A stretch of DNA of 12,948 nt. It comes from Opitutales bacterium. Lineage in GTDB: Bacteria > Verrucomicrobiota > Verrucomicrobiia > Opitutales > JABSRG01. The stretch lies in assembly GCA_049599475.1 (NCBI GenBank), contig JBMYOQ010000101.1, positions 1-12,948 of the forward strand. The letters run 5' to 3'. The position numbers and the translations under genes were made by a program. A model generated the notes under the pieces. The model worked only from the letters and a program-made list of their open reading frames with translations. It was not told the DNA's origin and made no database searches. Below, in pieces: positions 12,150 to 12,948 of this stretch; the first letter of the stretch is position 1; the number at the start of each line of letters is the position of its first letter.

Positions 12150-12799
12150 CACCGATCAAAGTAACCCTCGTCGAAGATAGTGCTGAATATGCGGAAAGCA
12201 TCGCGCTGTTATTCAAACACACTGAAGATGTGCTCCTTTTCAGCACTTACACGACAGCGGAAGTCGCTATCCGAAGCTTGGTCAATAATAAGACCAATTT
12301 CCCGGATGTGATTCTGTTGGACCTCCGCCTTCCGGGGATGGACGGGCTATCCGCTCTAGCGAGCTTTACCTCCAAGCTGCCCGAGGTAAAAGTCATCATC
12401 CTTACCCAGTCAGACTCTGAAGAAGACGTCCTCAAAGCAATCGAGACGGGAGCATCGGGCTATGTCTTAAAGAGCGCTAAGGCCGCGGAAATCATCGACG
12501 CCATCAAAATTGTAAATGGTGGGGGCGCGATGCTAGACCCCAAAGTCGCCCAGTATGTGCTCAACTCGATGAGGCAGGCGACTCCGGATACATCGGTCTC
12601 GCTTTCGCCCCGTGAACTCGAGGTATTGAACCTCCTGGCAGAGGGTTTCGTGAAAAAGGAAATCGCGGACAAGCTCGACATCAGTTACTCGACGGTCGAC
12701 TACCATGTGGGCCGGATCTACGAGAAGCTCAGCGTGCGCAATGCACCCGCCGCCGTGGACCAAGCGCACCGCCTCGGCATTTTCAACGCAGCCGAGTAA
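12146..12799 (+). CDS. NarL/LuxR-family DNA-binding response regulator
   Basis: Receiver domain with LVED, PDVILLDLRLPGMDG (Asp59), ILT and GASGYVLK. LuxR HTH LSPRELEVL..LAEG..KKEIADKL.IS..TV..H..RIYEKL. An ATGA overlap with the kinase stop indicates translational coupling. Confidence 0.95.
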   Translation: MTPIKVTLVEDSAEYAESIALLFKHTEDVLLFSTYTTAEVAIRSLVNNKTNFPDVILLDLRLPGMDGLSALASFTSKLPEVKVIILTQSDSEEDVLKAIETGASGYVLKSAKAAEIIDAIKIVNGGGAMLDPKVAQYVLNSMRQATPDTSVSLSPRELEVLNLLAEGFVKKEIADKLDISYSTVDYHVGRIYEKLSVRNAPAAVDQAHRLGIFNAAE

Positions 12800-12820
12800 G
12801 ACTGCATTCAGGCATTTCAT

Positions 12821-12855
12821 GAGGCTCGGAGAAATCCGGGCCTCTTTTATTTTTA
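12821..12855 (+). terminator. Intrinsic terminator after the two-component operon
   Basis: GAGGCTCGGA-GAAA-TCCGGGCCTC forms a 10-bp stem (one G-U pair) with a GNRA loop, followed by TTTTATTTTT. It starts 21 nt after the regulator stop. Confidence 0.88.
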
Positions 12856-12948
12856 GCGCAGCATTTCAGAAGCGGACTCCGACATTGAATAAAAGGTAGC
12901 AACTGTGTTTCTATGCCGAGCATAATATTGATTTTTTCAGTAAAGATT

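Overview
Bacterial chromosomal window. Verrucomicrobia/Opitutales-like origin is an inference from the protein family mix and was not verified. The minus strand carries dapF-like, gyrB, gyrA and a small tandem AP2-domain DNA-binding gene, closed by an intrinsic terminator. The plus strand carries a compact family B DNA polymerase with intact 3'-5' exonuclease motifs, then a membrane sensor histidine kinase (discoidin/F5-8C-like sensor, HisKA_3 type) coupled to a NarL/LuxR response regulator and a terminator. Both intergenic regions flanking polB contain REP/REPIN-like inverted hairpin doublets. The most notable observations are a DapF homolog with both catalytic cysteines replaced by serines, a GyrB TOPRIM insert that looks like a ~87-aa tandem triplication, a nuclease-free tandem AP2 protein downstream of gyrA, Gly at the GyrA Ser83-equivalent position, and a circularly permuted sensor domain. 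I cannot support a clearly new multi-gene system from sequence alone.
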